DNA from: an uncultured Planctomycetota bacterium
Lineage (GTDB): Bacteria > Planctomycetota > Planctomycetia > Isosphaerales > Isosphaeraceae
Reading direction: 5' to 3'
DNA length: 64,000 nt
Assembly: GCA_963823665.1 (NCBI GenBank)
Contig: CAWGMQ010000003.1
Location: 224,001-288,000, forward strand
Positions 21,475 through 33,535 of this stretch are shown one piece after another. The notes beneath the pieces were generated by a model. That model was given only the letters and a program-made list of their open reading frames with translations. It ran no database searches and was not told where the DNA came from. The position numbers and the translations under genes are program-made. Numbering within the stretch: the first letter of the stretch is position 1; every line of letters starts with the position of its first letter.

Positions 21475-22329
21475 ATGAATCAATCCGGATCTCCAGTTCG
21501 TAACATCTCAGATACGGCGCTCTGGGCCGCATTCTACCGGGCGCTGGAGGCCGAGCGGCCGGATGCCGTGTTCCGCGATCGGCTGGCGCGGCGCCTGGCC
21601 GGCGAGCGCGGCGAAGCGATCGCCGCGACGATGCCGTTCTTCGAGTCGCACGCCTGGACGTGGGTCACGCGCACGTACCTGTTCGACCAGTTCATCACCG
21701 AAGGAGTCGCTCAGGGAGTCGACCTGGTGCTCAATCTCGCGGCCGGTCTCGACGCGCGGCCCTATCGGATGGAGTTGCCGCCATCGCTTCGCTGGGTCGA
21801 GGTGGACCTCCCGGAGCTGTTAGATTACAAGGAGGAGGTTCTCGCAGGCGAAAAACCGGTCTGCAATCTGGAGCGCATCCGGTTGGACCTTGCAAATGTC
21901 AGCGCCCGTCGCGAGCTTTTTGACCGGCTGGGCCAGGAAGCCCACAAGGCGCTCATCATCACCGAGGGGCTGATCGTCTACTTCACACGCGAGGAAGTCG
22001 CATCGCTTGCCCAGGACCTCGCCCGCCCTCCGGGCTTTCAGCGATGGACGACCGACGTCGGATCTCCGGGCCTCGTTGAGATGTTGCAAAAAAACCTCGG
22101 CAAGTCGCTGGGACAAGGAGGCGCCACGCTCAAATTCGGCCCGGAAGAAGGGCCGGACTTCTTCGCGCAGTTCGGCTGGAAACCCGTCGACGTGCGCTCC
22201 ATGCTCAAAACGGCGGCCCGATTGAAGCGACTGAGCACCTTCATGCGATTGATCGCACTGTTGCCCGAATCAAAAGGCCGGCAAAGCAAACGCCCGTGGG
22301 CCGGAATCTGTCTTCTCGTGAAGCAGTAG
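21475..22329 (+). CDS. SAM-dependent methyltransferase (LCM / leucine carboxyl methyltransferase family)
   Basis: ISDTALWAAFYRA, RTYLFD, LNLAAGLDARPYR, EVDLP, ITEGLIVY. Confidence 0.92.
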   Translation: MNQSGSPVRNISDTALWAAFYRALEAERPDAVFRDRLARRLAGERGEAIAATMPFFESHAWTWVTRTYLFDQFITEGVAQGVDLVLNLAAGLDARPYRMELPPSLRWVEVDLPELLDYKEEVLAGEKPVCNLERIRLDLANVSARRELFDRLGQEAHKALIITEGLIVYFTREEVASLAQDLARPPGFQRWTTDVGSPGLVEMLQKNLGKSLGQGGATLKFGPEEGPDFFAQFGWKPVDVRSMLKTAARLKRLSTFMRLIALLPESKGRQSKRPWAGICLLVKQ

Positions 22330-22341
22330 CGGTCTCGACAT

Positions 22342-23940
22342 TCAAGACGGATTCGCATACGCGGCAACAATCACCCGCGCTGTGCGCAGCCCGTCGACCG
22401 CCGCGCTGATGATTCCACCGGCATAGCCGGCCCCTTCGCCGCAGGGATAGAGCCCGGTGATTCCGGGGCTCTGCCGGCTTTCGGGCTCGCGGATGATGCG
22501 CACCGGCGAGCTGCCGCGCGATTCTGGACCGGTGAGCGTCGCGTCGCGGAGGAACCGGCCGCCAAACCGGCGATCCAGCTTGGGAAGCCCCTTCACAAGC
22601 GAGTCGATCACCAGTTCGGGCAGGAAGAGACCCAGGTCGATCCCCTGTCCTCCGCGTCGATAGCTCGTGGGGATATTGCCGCGACTCTTCCGCCCGGCCA
22701 GAAAATCCCGGGCCCATTGCAAGGGCGCTTCATACGATCTGCCGGTCGCCAGATAGGCGAGCCGCTCGACCCGCTGTTGATAATGCACTCCCGCGAGGGG
22801 ATGGCTGCCGCCGGTCTCACCTGGCTCGATGGTGATGACCAGCCCGCTGTTGGCATACGGCGAATCGTGGCGGCTCTCGCTCATGCCGTTGGTGCAGAAA
22901 TACCCGGGGTCGCTCACGCTGGGCATCACGTAGCCCCCGGCGCACATGCAGAACGTGAACAGGTCGCGGCTGCCGGCCGGCACCGAGGCGCTGTACTCGG
23001 CCGCGCCGAGGGCAGGGTGTCCCGCGCTCGCGCCATAGCGCACGCGGTCGATCGGTGCCTGCGGCTGCTCGATCCGCACGCCGAGCTGAAACGGCTTTTG
23101 CTCCATCGGCACGCCCCGGCGCAAGAGCACGCCGTACGTGTCGCGGGCACTGTGGCCGATCGCGAGGATCGCCACGTCCGCCGGGATATAACCCGACGAC
23201 GTGCCCAGCCCCCGCAGGCGGCCTTCGGCGATGTCGAAATCCTCAACGCGGCACGAAAAACGGATCTCTCCCCCGAGGGATTCAAACTTGCGGCGCAGTG
23301 TCCGCACGACGAGCGGCAGCCGGTTCGAGCCCAGGTGCGGGCGGTGCTCATAGACGATCGAGGGCCCGCCATGACACTCGGCGAGAATCTCGAGCACGTG
23401 CGTGACATCAGGGCCCGCGCTCCGGGATGTGAGCTTGCCGTCGCTGAACGTCCCGGCGCCCCCTTCGCCGAAGAGGTAGTTGCTCTCGGGATCGAGCGCC
23501 CCGTGCTGATCGAATCGGCGCACGTCGGCAACGCGTTCCTTGACGGCGCGGCCGCGCTCGAGGATCAAAGGCCGGTAACCGTTCAGTGCCAGCATGTAGC
23601 CGGCAAGAGGCCGGCAGGTCCGGCGCCGATGATCACGGGCCGGTGCCCCAAGGCCTGAGCCCCGGGCTCGGGCCAGTCAAAGCGATCCGGGATGTACAGC
23701 TCAGCGGCCGCGTGAACCGGGCTCATCTGCACGCGAGCGATGTCACTTTCGGCGAGATCGACGGCTGCCGAGTAGGCAAAATGAACGTCGTCGTGGCCGC
23801 GGGCGTCAAGGCTCTTGCGGATGATCCGCCAGCCGAGGATCGAATCGGGCGCAGACCGACAGCCTGCCCGCGATTTTCTCGGGCAAGCTCTCTTCCGGCT
23901 CTCCCAGCTCCAGGCGGATATTCGTCACTTTGATCGACAT
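22342..23940 (-). CDS. NAD(P)/FAD-dependent oxidoreductase (COG2509-like), several frameshifts at 23590-23870
   Basis: Starts MSIKVTNIRL at 23940; RKSLDAR, VIIGAGPAG (shifted frame), FGEGGAGTFSDGKL, AIGHSARD, FCMCAGG, YPCGEGAGYAGGIISAAVDG. Confidence 0.9.
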
Positions 23941-24003
23941 GGCAGCTGTACGTGGCACAAACGCTTGCGGACGCGCGATTGGCGTGTGTATGGCAAAAAG
24001 AAC

Positions 24004-24053
24004 GTCAGGCTGAAGCCTGACCTACTCAATCGTCAGGCTGAAGCCTGACCTAC
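24004..24053 (-). repeat. two tandem GTAG-type REP palindromes
   Basis: Identical GTAG-GTCAGGC-TTCA-GCCTGAC (minus strand) at 24004-24025 and 24032-24053; intergenic. Confidence 0.85.
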
Positions 24054-24059
24054 TTGATC

Positions 24060-25770
24060 TCATCGGGCCACCGGGCCGAAGCAAATCAGCGTGATGTCGT
24101 CAACCTGGTTGTGCCCGGCCGAGAACTCGCGGATATCTTGCAGGATCGCCCGGCCGATGGTTTCCGGACCTCCGGAAGTGTCTGCGAATTTGCGCAGCAG
24201 GCGCCGTTTGTCGCGGGATTCATAGATTTCTTCGCGGATATTGCGGGCGTCGGTGACTCCGTCGGAGAAGACGGCAACGACGTCGCCGGGCTCGAGCGCG
24301 ACCTCGGTTTGCCGGTACTCGCCCGTCGGGCACGATCCCCAGAGGAAAACCTGCGATTTCCTCGCCGACCTCGTCGATGGTCCCGTTGCTGCGTCGGATG
24401 AGGAGTGGGAGATGCCCCGCCGACGTGATCGAAAGCGTGCGCCGCTGCGGGTCCAGGATCGACAGGCTGAGCGTGATGAACTTCTCTTCGATGCCGGCCG
24501 CGAACAGCAGCGAGTTCAGCTCATTCGCCGCCTCGGACGGAGAATTCTCGGTGAGGATGCAGTACCGCGTATCGCCCGAGAATTTGGCCATCATGAGCGC
24601 GGCCGAGACGCCTTTTCCGGAGACGTCGCCCACGGCGATCGCCAGCTTGCCGCCGGGCAGAGGCACGAAGTCGTAGTAGTCGCCGCCGACCTCGTAGGCC
24701 GGGTCGTAGTGAGCGAAGAATTCGAATCCGGCGATGACCGGGACTGTCTGGGGCAAGAACCGCTTCTGCACCTGCTCGGCAAGCTTGAGATCTCGACTCA
24801 ATCGCTCGCGCTCGAGCAGCGACTCGTGCATCTGCGCGTTCTGGATCGAGATCGCGGCCTGGCCGGCGACCGCGGCCAGCACGTCCAGGTCTTCCTGGCC
24901 GAATTGCTTGCGATCGCTGGTATCGAGCTGGATGATGCCGAGCGCCTCCTTGTCCGGTGTCACGAGTGGAACGCACATGACCGAACGGATCTTGAGATCG
25001 GCGATCGAGGCGCTGGTCGGCAGGTTCTTGTCGGCGCCGGCATCCTGGCTCAGAATCGCTTTCTTCTGAAGCAGAACGTGGTTCACGATCGACCGGCTGA
25101 TGCTCATCGGCACTTCGTCGGCCGGAACGCTCGAGGCAAAAAGCGACTTCTTGGTCGGACGGTGCTTGAACGCCTTGCGAATCAGCCGCTTGGTCACCGG
25201 GTCGACCAGGATCAGGAACAGCCGCTCGGCTTGCGGAAAAAGCTCCATGAGCGAATCGAGGATCCGGGGCGCGACGGCGTCGATCTTCAGCTCGCTGCAA
25301 AGGTTCCGGCTGATCTCGAGAATCGCCTTGAGCTTCACCTCGGGCTTGATCATGCTCGCCATGGCGCTCGAGCGCGAGGCGTCGAGAACGTGAAGCTGGG
25401 GTGCTTCATGGTTCTCGGCCTCGTTCACGATCATGATCTCGCCGCCATCCTTCGAGGCGCCATCGGCGGGAAGCTGCGGGTAAAACAAGAATTCGACATC
25501 GCAAATGTTGATCCGGTCCCCGGTCAACAGGCGGTGATCGATCCCCGGAATCACCTTGGCGTTGTTCACCCGCGTGGTGTTACGGGAATTCAAGTCGGCG
25601 AGATAAAAGTCCTCTCCGCTGCGATAGATCTCGGCATGGCGGCGGCTGACACCGTTGGGCTCGAGGACGATGTGGCAATGCTCTGGCGACCGGCCAATCG
25701 TGATGCGCTCCGGCTTGAGCTCGATGATCTGCCCGGCTGTATCGCCGTTGGCTCGTTTCAAGAATGCCAT
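24060..25770 (-). CDS. FHA-GAF-SpoIIE (PP2C-type) phosphatase (frameshift near 24330)
   Basis: IGRS..VSRRHA..DLNSRN (FHA); IRSVMCVPL (GAF); VGGDYYD, GDVSGKG and SAGHLP; SDGV and DDIT appear in the shifted frame. Confidence 0.93.
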
Positions 25771-25799
25771 GCTCCGCGACTCCCAACCCGCTCGTGGAC

Positions 25800-27568
25800 T
25801 CAATTTCGCTTGGCTGCGGCCCGCGACAGCACGCGATTGGCCCTGGGAACCTCGATCCGGTAAAGCTGCCAGACCAGGTGCGCCTGCACCTGCTGCAAGT
25901 TCTCTCGCATGATCGAAGTCGACTCGGTACCCGCCCGGGTCGCAGCCGCCAGGGCGTCGGTGCAGATCTCGAGAGCGAACTCGACGAGCGCCGGATCGTA
26001 CATGTCGGACGCTTCGTCGCGCATGATGCCCTTGAACCCTTCGAGCACACCGTCCAGATCACTCTTTCTCAGATTCACCGCAATCCGCACGACGCTCACC
26101 AGCTCCTGTTCGTGTGTCTTGGCGGATTTCCATGCCGAAAGCTCGGATTCGAGCGCCTCGAGCGCCTCGATATTGCAGTCCCTGAACCAGATCCGCGCAA
26201 GCTGCGTATATGCCCTCGAGACCTGGTCGTGCGAGTGCGAGAAAAAACCGGGCACGGCCAGGAATGCCGGCACCCGCTCCTCTTGCGGCGCCTCGAAGAT
26301 CGCATAATGCAATTGCTCTGCGGCGCCCGCCTTGCGGTTCACCACGCTCCAGCTCGGGTCGACCCAGAGCACCGGAATCGAGACCGAAGCGTCGCGCGGA
26401 ACGGCCATGATGTCCGGACTGCGATACGTCCAGCCGCCGATCGCGCCCAGAACCACCCCGGCGGACATGATCGCCGCGATCAGCCCCCCGGAAAGCCTCG
26501 AGAGACTGGCAGACGCCGTCTGGCCCGCACTCGCCGCGCGCGAAAGAACCGTCTTCGCAACCGGCTGCGCTGCCACACCGACGGAACTGCTGGCTGCGGC
26601 TGGTCGCGACACAGACTGCGATTCTGCCGCCGCCGAGCCGGTATCCGCGATCGTCGGAGCAGCGTCGATATGAAGCACATCGCGTAACTTCGCCACCTCA
26701 GCCAGCATCTCACCAGCCGACTGGTACCGGTCCGCCGGTGATTTCGCGATCAGCTTGAGTACGAGATTGTCCAGCTCCGAAGGCAGATCAGGCCGATGCA
26801 CCAGCATGCTCCGGGGCGTTTCCCGCACCTGCTTGAGTGCCAGCGCAAGCGCCGTCTCCGCCCGGAACGGCGGAACTCCGGACAGCATGTGGTAGAATGT
26901 TACCCCCAGCGAATACAGATCGCTGCGATGATCCACAGCGTGCCCCTGCGCCTGCTCGGGGCTCATGTAAAGCGGCGTTCCCATCGTCACGCCCGACTGC
27001 GTCAGGTGCAGGGCCTGACCATCCTGATCGCGACAGAGGCCGAAATCCGCGACTTTCACCCGCCCCTTCCGCGTCAGCAAGATGTTCTCAGGCTTGACGT
27101 CCCGGTGAATGAGGCCGATCTCGCCGGCCGCACCGATCGCCTGACCCGTCTGCTTCATGATCGAATACGCAAGCGGCAGATCGAGCGCACCCTTCTTCAG
27201 AATGTAGTCCCGCAGGTTCGTCCCCTGCACATACTCCATGGCAATGAAATGGATATCATCGACGCAGCCCAATGTGTACACATGAACAATATTTGGATGG
27301 TTGAGCTTGGCGACGGCTGTCGCTTCGGTCTTGAGCCGGCCGAGGTATGTCGGGTTGGATGCGAAATCGGGCCTCAAAACCTTGAGGGCGACCAGGCGGT
27401 TCAGGCTCACCTGCGTGGCCAGGTAAACTTCGCCCATCCCACCGCGGCCCAGCAGCTTCTCGACGCGAAAATCCTCGAGCGTGACCCCGGTCAAATCGCG
27501 GGCGCGGCGTCGCCCGCCTCGCCGGGGATCAGGGAGTCCTGGGCTGTTCGTCGGTCAGTTGTGCTCAT
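25800..27568 (-). CDS. membrane Ser/Thr protein kinase (frameshift near 27495)
   Basis: LGRGGMGEVY, VALK, HRDVKPENIL, DFG, GTPLYMSPEQ and one TM; probable start MSTTDRR at 27568. Confidence 0.93.
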
Positions 27569-27921
27569 GCTAAGCTGGTGGACCACATCGAGAAGAGGCG
27601 CGACTCCGTCGCAAATCTGCGGTTTGATATACCACAATAGTTTACGGGAATGCCGAATTCCCGGCAAATGGCAAAGTGGCGACCCTCCCGGATGGCGGAT
27701 CGCGAGTCCGCAGCCGGCCATGCGCGAGCACGGCGCTCGAAAAGGCAGGCGGGGCCCGGCGCCCGAGTCGCGCATGGGCGCGAGACTGATCCTGCGTGCA
27801 CCGCGCTCACCATGGCAATCAGGAATCGCTGGCGCGAAACCGAAAAAGAAGACATTGTGCACCTGGCCGATCGGCGGGTATGGTGATGAATGGCGAAGAG
27901 TGCTTCTTCGGGGGTGGTGTG

Positions 27922-28734
27922 ATGCGGAACACGCGGCGATGGCGGGAACGATTCCCTCTGCTTCTGTTGGGGTCCGCGTTTATTTTCATGGTCGGAAAGC
28001 CAACGCTTTCCCAGGGTCCGCGGGCCGCTTTTGACCAGGTCGTCGGCAACCCGCGCGGGCTTCCCCAGCTTCCACCCCAGGGTGCTTGGGGCGAAGTCAT
28101 CAACGCGACGCCGAGATGGCTGGTCATCCAGAATCACTCGGGCCAGCAGTTCCCGGTCGCGCTTGAAGATATCGGCGAGTTCCTGGTTCGCTGGCCCGCC
28201 AGCGTCAGCGGGCTCGGCCCCGACAGCCTGGTCGAAGCCGTCGGCAACGACCTCGGGTCAAACGTCGTTGAAGTCAGTCACGTCGACGTATTCGAGGGCA
28301 CCGATCGAAGCCTCGTCGCTCCGACCTACAACAGCATGCTGGCAAATAACGCCGCAGTGACGACCATCGACCCGACCTTCAACCGATTCATGAACGCCTG
28401 GGACTACGCCGGACAGAGCATGCTCTACGGCTGGGCTTATCCCTTCCCGACCGGCTTGAACGGCGCCGCCTCCCGCCTCCATGTGGTGGGAAGTGTCATT
28501 GAACGCGCACCACTTCGTCTGGCCGTCCCAGGCAATAACTTCACGACCGTCATCCCGGGCGGCAATGTTCAATTCACCGTGAGCCAGGTGACCAAGGGCA
28601 GCATGAACTATGCCCGCAAGGGAGATTACGCGTTCCTCCTTCCACGCGCAATCAACACACGCGGCCTGTCGGTGGCACAGCTCGTCCTCTACAAGTCGAT
28701 TCCACTCCGCCAGTTCAATCCCGCCGGGCGGTAA
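27922..28734 (+). CDS. hypothetical secreted protein
   Basis: Signal-like N-terminus followed by a beta-rich domain; reads as a natural protein. Confidence 0.7.
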   Translation: MRNTRRWRERFPLLLLGSAFIFMVGKPTLSQGPRAAFDQVVGNPRGLPQLPPQGAWGEVINATPRWLVIQNHSGQQFPVALEDIGEFLVRWPASVSGLGPDSLVEAVGNDLGSNVVEVSHVDVFEGTDRSLVAPTYNSMLANNAAVTTIDPTFNRFMNAWDYAGQSMLYGWAYPFPTGLNGAASRLHVVGSVIERAPLRLAVPGNNFTTVIPGGNVQFTVSQVTKGSMNYARKGDYAFLLPRAINTRGLSVAQLVLYKSIPLRQFNPAGR

Positions 28735-28764
28735 CGGATAAACTGCGTTCCGGGGGGTCGGGGC

Positions 28765-28995
28765 ATGGCGTCTGAGAATTTCGATCAGGTGCTGGAGGGC
28801 CTAAAGCAGTTGCAACCGTTCCGCGTGTTCACCGTCGAGCTGCACGGTGGCCGGCGCTTCGAGATCGACCACGCAGGAGCGCTCGTCGTCGGCGACGGGG
28901 TTGCGGTCTTCCTCGCTCCCGGGGGTATACCGATTTGGTTCGATCATGAGAGCGTGACCCATATCATCGGGGCCGGTGCGAACACACCTCTTTGA
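28765..28995 (+). CDS. small hypothetical protein
   Basis: 76 aa, QPFRVFTVELHGGRRFEIDH; fits cleanly between neighbouring genes. Confidence 0.7.
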   Translation: MASENFDQVLEGLKQLQPFRVFTVELHGGRRFEIDHAGALVVGDGVAVFLAPGGIPIWFDHESVTHIIGAGANTPL

Positions 28996-29019
28996 CGGAA
29001 AAGGTGTCTGACTGTTTCG

Positions 29020-30738
29020 TCATTCCAACCCACCCGCGGCCCCCTTGGTCGCCGGCTTGGCACTAGCTGGCTTTTGGGTCGCGCGCTTCGCATCCGCCTT
29101 CGGTTCGGCCTTTTTGGAGGCGGGCTCGGGCTTCTCGTCGTCGGCGCCGTCGTCGCCTTTGAGCGTTGAATCCATCTTTTCCTGGTCGTCGTCAGCCGTG
29201 CGATAGAGAGGGAGATAACGGTAGTACACCTCGAGGGTCAGTATCGACATCGCGGTCAGATACAGCCGGCCCGCTCGCTCGGCCCAGATGTCCGGTACGG
29301 GTGAGAACGGGTCCCAGCTTCCCTTGGCGCAGGTATCATCTTTGACCTGGAGCCCGATCAGCCCCTCGCGGATCTTCGGGTTCCAGCGCTCCCACTGCTC
29401 ATTCCTCATGTTGTGCAAGAGCTGCGTGGCGTAATACCAGTAATAGATGTTCCGGTTGCCGCCCTCCTGAAGGTTCTGCGAGACCTGCCCCACCCCCTTG
29501 ACGAGCGCAGGAAAGTCACGTGGCCAGCCGAGGAGCTGCCGGCTCACCAGTGCTTCCGCGGTCATGACCGGGGAGGCGCCTCGGCCGGGCTGATAAGAGT
29601 AGATCACGCGCTTCTGGTCCCCCGCCTGGTCGAGGTAGCGGTTGGCGGCCTTCAATACCTTCTTCGGGATCTTGATGCCCGCCATGTTCCCGCTTCGAAG
29701 CGCAAAGATCTGCCAGCCGAAGACCGACGTGTCACCTGCCTGCCCCGGCGAATACCGCCAGCCACCGCCGACGGGATCCTGGGAGTTGACGATGAACTGC
29801 AACGCCCGCTGGGCCGGCTTCTGTAGCTTGGGATCACCCGAGAGCCCCAGGCCTTCGCAAATCGCCATCGCCGCAATGGCGTGACTGTACATATATGCGT
29901 TTCCGGGCGGCCCGAAGAACAGGTCTCCGTCGGGCTGCTGATGGTCGATCAGCCACTCCAGGCCACGCCGTACGGCTTCCTGGTGCTTGCTCTTCACCGT
30001 ATGAATGTAACCCGCGCCCAGGAGGGGCAAGAGAGCGAGCCCGGTCGCGGCCGTATCCGATTCCGTGGCCATCTGAGCGGGGCAAGGCGTACCCTGGCAA
30101 TGGTCCTGAAAATTCAGGCTCCAGGATCCGTCCTCGCGCTGATGGCGGACCAGCCAGTCGAGGCCGTCCTCGACCGACTGTTCCGATTTGGCAGTGCCCC
30201 CCTCGCGTCGCACCAGCTTGGCACGGGTCATACCCGATCGGCCCGAAAACGGGGCGGTAATCGTCGCCGCCAGATTGGGCAGCCGCGCCATGCCGGCGAT
30301 CGACGGCCTGTCGAGCTTCTGCGTGCCGGATAGCGGCGCAGGCCCGGCAAGCGTCGGCGCGTAATGGGTGAGCGATGCCAGGTGGGGCTGGCCGACCATT
30401 TGCAGCCCGCTGTGCTCCGGCTCCAGACCGATCGAGGGCGGGTTCAGGCTTTGTTCATCGGTGAAGGGATCACCCGATCGTTTCGCCGGCACAAGAGAGG
30501 TCACGTCACCGATATCGGTATCTATGATCGAGCTATCAAACGCTGCATCGGGACGCGATGCCGGGCGATATCGGACGATCAAGGCCAGAATGAGCAGCAA
30601 GAGGGCGTGCAGCAGAAAACTGACGCCCCAGGAAGGGACGCTGCGCAGCGTCGTCTGATCGTATTCTCCATTCCAGCGTCGAAACCATTCCCGCTTCGCC
30701 GCGGTCAACCAGGTGACAACCCGCCTCGTCCCAAACAT
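29020..30738 (-). CDS. prenyltransferase/squalene-oxidase repeat protein
   Basis: SWGVSFLLH TM; repeats GLDWLVRHQREDGSW, GLEWLIDHQQPDG, QDPVGGGWRY, YYWYY, LEVYYRYLP. Confidence 0.88.
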   Translation of the reverse strand: MFGTRRVVTWLTAAKREWFRRWNGEYDQTTLRSVPSWGVSFLLHALLLLILALIVRYRPASRPDAAFDSSIIDTDIGDVTSLVPAKRSGDPFTDEQSLNPPSIGLEPEHSGLQMVGQPHLASLTHYAPTLAGPAPLSGTQKLDRPSIAGMARLPNLAATITAPFSGRSGMTRAKLVRREGGTAKSEQSVEDGLDWLVRHQREDGSWSLNFQDHCQGTPCPAQMATESDTAATGLALLPLLGAGYIHTVKSKHQEAVRRGLEWLIDHQQPDGDLFFGPPGNAYMYSHAIAAMAICEGLGLSGDPKLQKPAQRALQFIVNSQDPVGGGWRYSPGQAGDTSVFGWQIFALRSGNMAGIKIPKKVLKAANRYLDQAGDQKRVIYSYQPGRGASPVMTAEALVSRQLLGWPRDFPALVKGVGQVSQNLQEGGNRNIYYWYYATQLLHNMRNEQWERWNPKIREGLIGLQVKDDTCAKGSWDPFSPVPDIWAERAGRLYLTAMSILTLEVYYRYLPLYRTADDDQEKMDSTLKGDDGADDEKPEPASKKAEPKADAKRATQKPASAKPATKGAAGGLE

Positions 30739-30877
30739 AGGGCGCATCCTCTTGGTCAGGTCGTTGCGATCGCAGATTCTGATGAGAGACTTGGCACTCC
30801 GAATTCCTTCCATTATAAGAGTCGCATTCGCGCCCGCCAGTACGCCGGTGACGCCGGGCGATTATTTTTGAGACAGT

Positions 30878-33535
30878 TCAAGCTCCCTCGACCTCAACCG
30901 GAGCCCAATCCAGGCCGTTTAGCTGCTCGATCACGCGGGACGCGTCGGCGATCACGACGGCGACAAGCGCGTCGGGCACGATGTGCCGCCTGACTGCTTC
31001 AGAAAGCGACTCGAGTTCGATGGCGGCGAGTCGCTCGGCGAACCGCGAATCGTGATCCACCGGGAGATCGTGAATCACCAATCCGGCGAACCGGTTCACG
31101 ACCGCGCCGGGCGTGTCGAACTGGCGGGGATGACCCTCGATCAGCGACCGCCGGGCATCGTCAAGCTCCTCCGCACTGGGCGGCCGGCCCCCGGAAATGG
31201 CCTGGAGCTCAACCCGGATCTGGGCGAGCGCCTCGCCAACCTTTTCGGTCTGGACAGACGTGCTCACGCTGAACGGGCCGGGCCCTCTGCGGCAGTCGAA
31301 CGAGCTACGCACTCCGTATGTCAAGCCGCGCTCTTCGCGCAGACTCTCGTTGAGCCGCGACGTGAACTGGCCGCCCAGAATCTGGTTGGCGACGAGGATG
31401 TGGTCAAAATCCTCGCTGGAGCGCGCAATCCCGACATAACCGGCCCGCACGACCGCCTGCGCTGCCCCGGGCCGGTCGAGCAACAGCAGTCGTGCTCGCC
31501 CCGACCGCTCGATCTCGGGCGGGTCGCAGACCCTTGCGATCGTTCCCGCCCAGGGTGTGAGCCTGCGCTCGATCTCCAGGGCCAGCTCGTCGGGATCGAC
31601 GTCTCCCGCGACGATGACAGTCGGCCGCGCCGAAATCAAAACCCTGGCGTGAAAATCCGCCAGAGCTTTTCGATCGAGCTCGGCGACCGAGGCTTCCGTG
31701 CCTGCCAGCGGAAACCGATACGGGTGCTCTTCCGGATAGATGGCCCCCAGCAGCGCCCGCAGGGCGCGCGATTCCGCGTGGTCGCGCTCGGCTTTGAGCG
31801 CCGCAAGCGCCTGGCCGCGCACCCGCAGCCACTCCGCCTCGGGAAATGTCGGGTGCTGAAGGATGTCAGCCGCCAGATCCAGGCTCGCGCGAAAGTCGGT
31901 CTTCAAACATTTGAACGACACGTACGCACCCGCCCAGCCGCACGTGGCGTCGATTGTCGCGCCCATCGACTCGGCCTCGAGCGCGATTTGCTCGGCTGTT
32001 CGGGTGAATGTCCCTTCTTCGAGCATGCCCACCGTCAAGTGAGCGAGACCCGCCTGGCCTCCCCGCAGCACGCCCGCGCCACCGGGCAGCACAATCGAAC
32101 CCGTCACGGTCGGCAGGTCGCCGCGCGGAAAAACCCAGAGCGGAATCCCACCCGCGAGCTCGATCACCCGCGGCGTGGGGGGCCGGAAGGCACGTGCGGC
32201 GGCGCTCCGAGGCGGAACTGAACGATCGAGCCGGGGCAGAGTCGAGCGTTTGCCACGCCCTACGACCGAGAGCTCAACTCGGGGCCGCCCTACCAGATAG
32301 CGCTCGGCCACCGCTTGAAGCTCGAAGGGCGTCGCTCGCTCAAACCGGTCGACGTCCAGCGTGATCTGGCCAGGGTCTCCCCGGTAGATGTTGTAAGCGT
32401 TCAGACGGTCGGCGACTCCGCCGAAACCGCCGACGTGCTCGAGCGCAAACCAGAACGCCGCAACTCGCAGGCGCTGCACCCGCTTGAGCTCCGGCTTCGA
32501 AACGACCTCTCGCGATAGACGGGCCACCTCAAGGTCAATCCATCGCATCGCATCCGCGATTGATCGCGACGGCCGAAGCGTGACGACAATTCCAAAGACG
32601 CCGGCCAGCTCGCGGCCCGCCTGATAGGCGGTGACTTCTTGAGCGATCTGCTCTTCCACCACCAGCTTACGATAAAGCCGGCTCGATCGCCCACGTCCCA
32701 GAATGTCGCCGAGGAGCAAGAGCGCCGCATCGTCCTCATCAAAGTGCCGAACCGTTGGCCACATCAGGTACAGGCGGTCCAGCTCGACCCGATCGTTGAG
32801 GACGATCGGAATCGTGTCGACGAGCGGCCGGGCGGGAGCCCTCGGGCAAGCAGAGCCTTGCGTTCCCCCGGCAATCGGCCCGAAGTAACGCTCCGCCAGC
32901 GCGAATGCACGGTCTTCCTCCAGGTCGCCGACCAGCGCCAGGCTCGCGTTGTTCGGCACATAAAACCGGCGGAAGAAGGAACGAACATCTTCCATGCTTG
33001 CACGCTCAATATCCTCCATCACCCCGATCGTCAGCCAGTTGTAGGGGTGCTGCGGGGGGTAGAGCGCTTCTGCGATCAAGAATGAGGCGGATCCGTAGGG
33101 TCGATTGGCATAATTCTGGCGGTACTCGTTTGTTACGACGTCTTTCTGAACGCGGAGCTTGGTCTGGTCGAGGGCGCCCATCAGATGGGCCATGCGGTCT
33201 GACTCCATGGCGATGGCCCGTTCGAGATGGGCCTCGGGCAGGTCGACGTAGTAGTTCGTCCGATCAGACGATGTTGATCCATTGATCTCCGCACCCAGTT
33301 TCTGGAGGTGCTTGAAAAAATCGCCGCGGTAATGCTCCGAGCCCTCGAACATCAGGTGCTCGACCAGGTGTGTGAAGCCTCGCTGGTTGCGCTCCTCGTC
33401 TTTTGAACCAACGTGATACCAAAGATTTACAGCCACGATCGGCCGGTCTGCCTGACGCCGGAAGATGACGTCGAGGCCGTTATCGAGCGTGTGTTTGGAG
33501 AAGCGAAACGCAGCTCGAGAAATGGATTCAGTCAT
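30878..33535 (-). CDS. M16 family (pitrilysin-like) zinc peptidase
   Basis: WYHVGSKDE, HLVEH (HxxEH), RTNY; second half SRLNESLREERGLTYG. Confidence 0.95.
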   Translation of the reverse strand: MTESISRAAFRFSKHTLDNGLDVIFRRQADRPIVAVNLWYHVGSKDEERNQRGFTHLVEHLMFEGSEHYRGDFFKHLQKLGAEINGSTSSDRTNYYVDLPEAHLERAIAMESDRMAHLMGALDQTKLRVQKDVVTNEYRQNYANRPYGSASFLIAEALYPPQHPYNWLTIGVMEDIERASMEDVRSFFRRFYVPNNASLALVGDLEEDRAFALAERYFGPIAGGTQGSACPRAPARPLVDTIPIVLNDRVELDRLYLMWPTVRHFDEDDAALLLLGDILGRGRSSRLYRKLVVEEQIAQEVTAYQAGRELAGVFGIVVTLRPSRSIADAMRWIDLEVARLSREVVSKPELKRVQRLRVAAFWFALEHVGGFGGVADRLNAYNIYRGDPGQITLDVDRFERATPFELQAVAERYLVGRPRVELSVVGRGKRSTLPRLDRSVPPRSAAARAFRPPTPRVIELAGGIPLWVFPRGDLPTVTGSIVLPGGAGVLRGGQAGLAHLTVGMLEEGTFTRTAEQIALEAESMGATIDATCGWAGAYVSFKCLKTDFRASLDLAADILQHPTFPEAEWLRVRGQALAALKAERDHAESRALRALLGAIYPEEHPYRFPLAGTEASVAELDRKALADFHARVLISARPTVIVAGDVDPDELALEIERRLTPWAGTIARVCDPPEIERSGRARLLLLDRPGAAQAVVRAGYVGIARSSEDFDHILVANQILGGQFTSRLNESLREERGLTYGVRSSFDCRRGPGPFSVSTSVQTEKVGEALAQIRVELQAISGGRPPSAEELDDARRSLIEGHPRQFDTPGAVVNRFAGLVIHDLPVDHDSRFAERLAAIELESLSEAVRRHIVPDALVAVVIADASRVIEQLNGLDWAPVEVEGA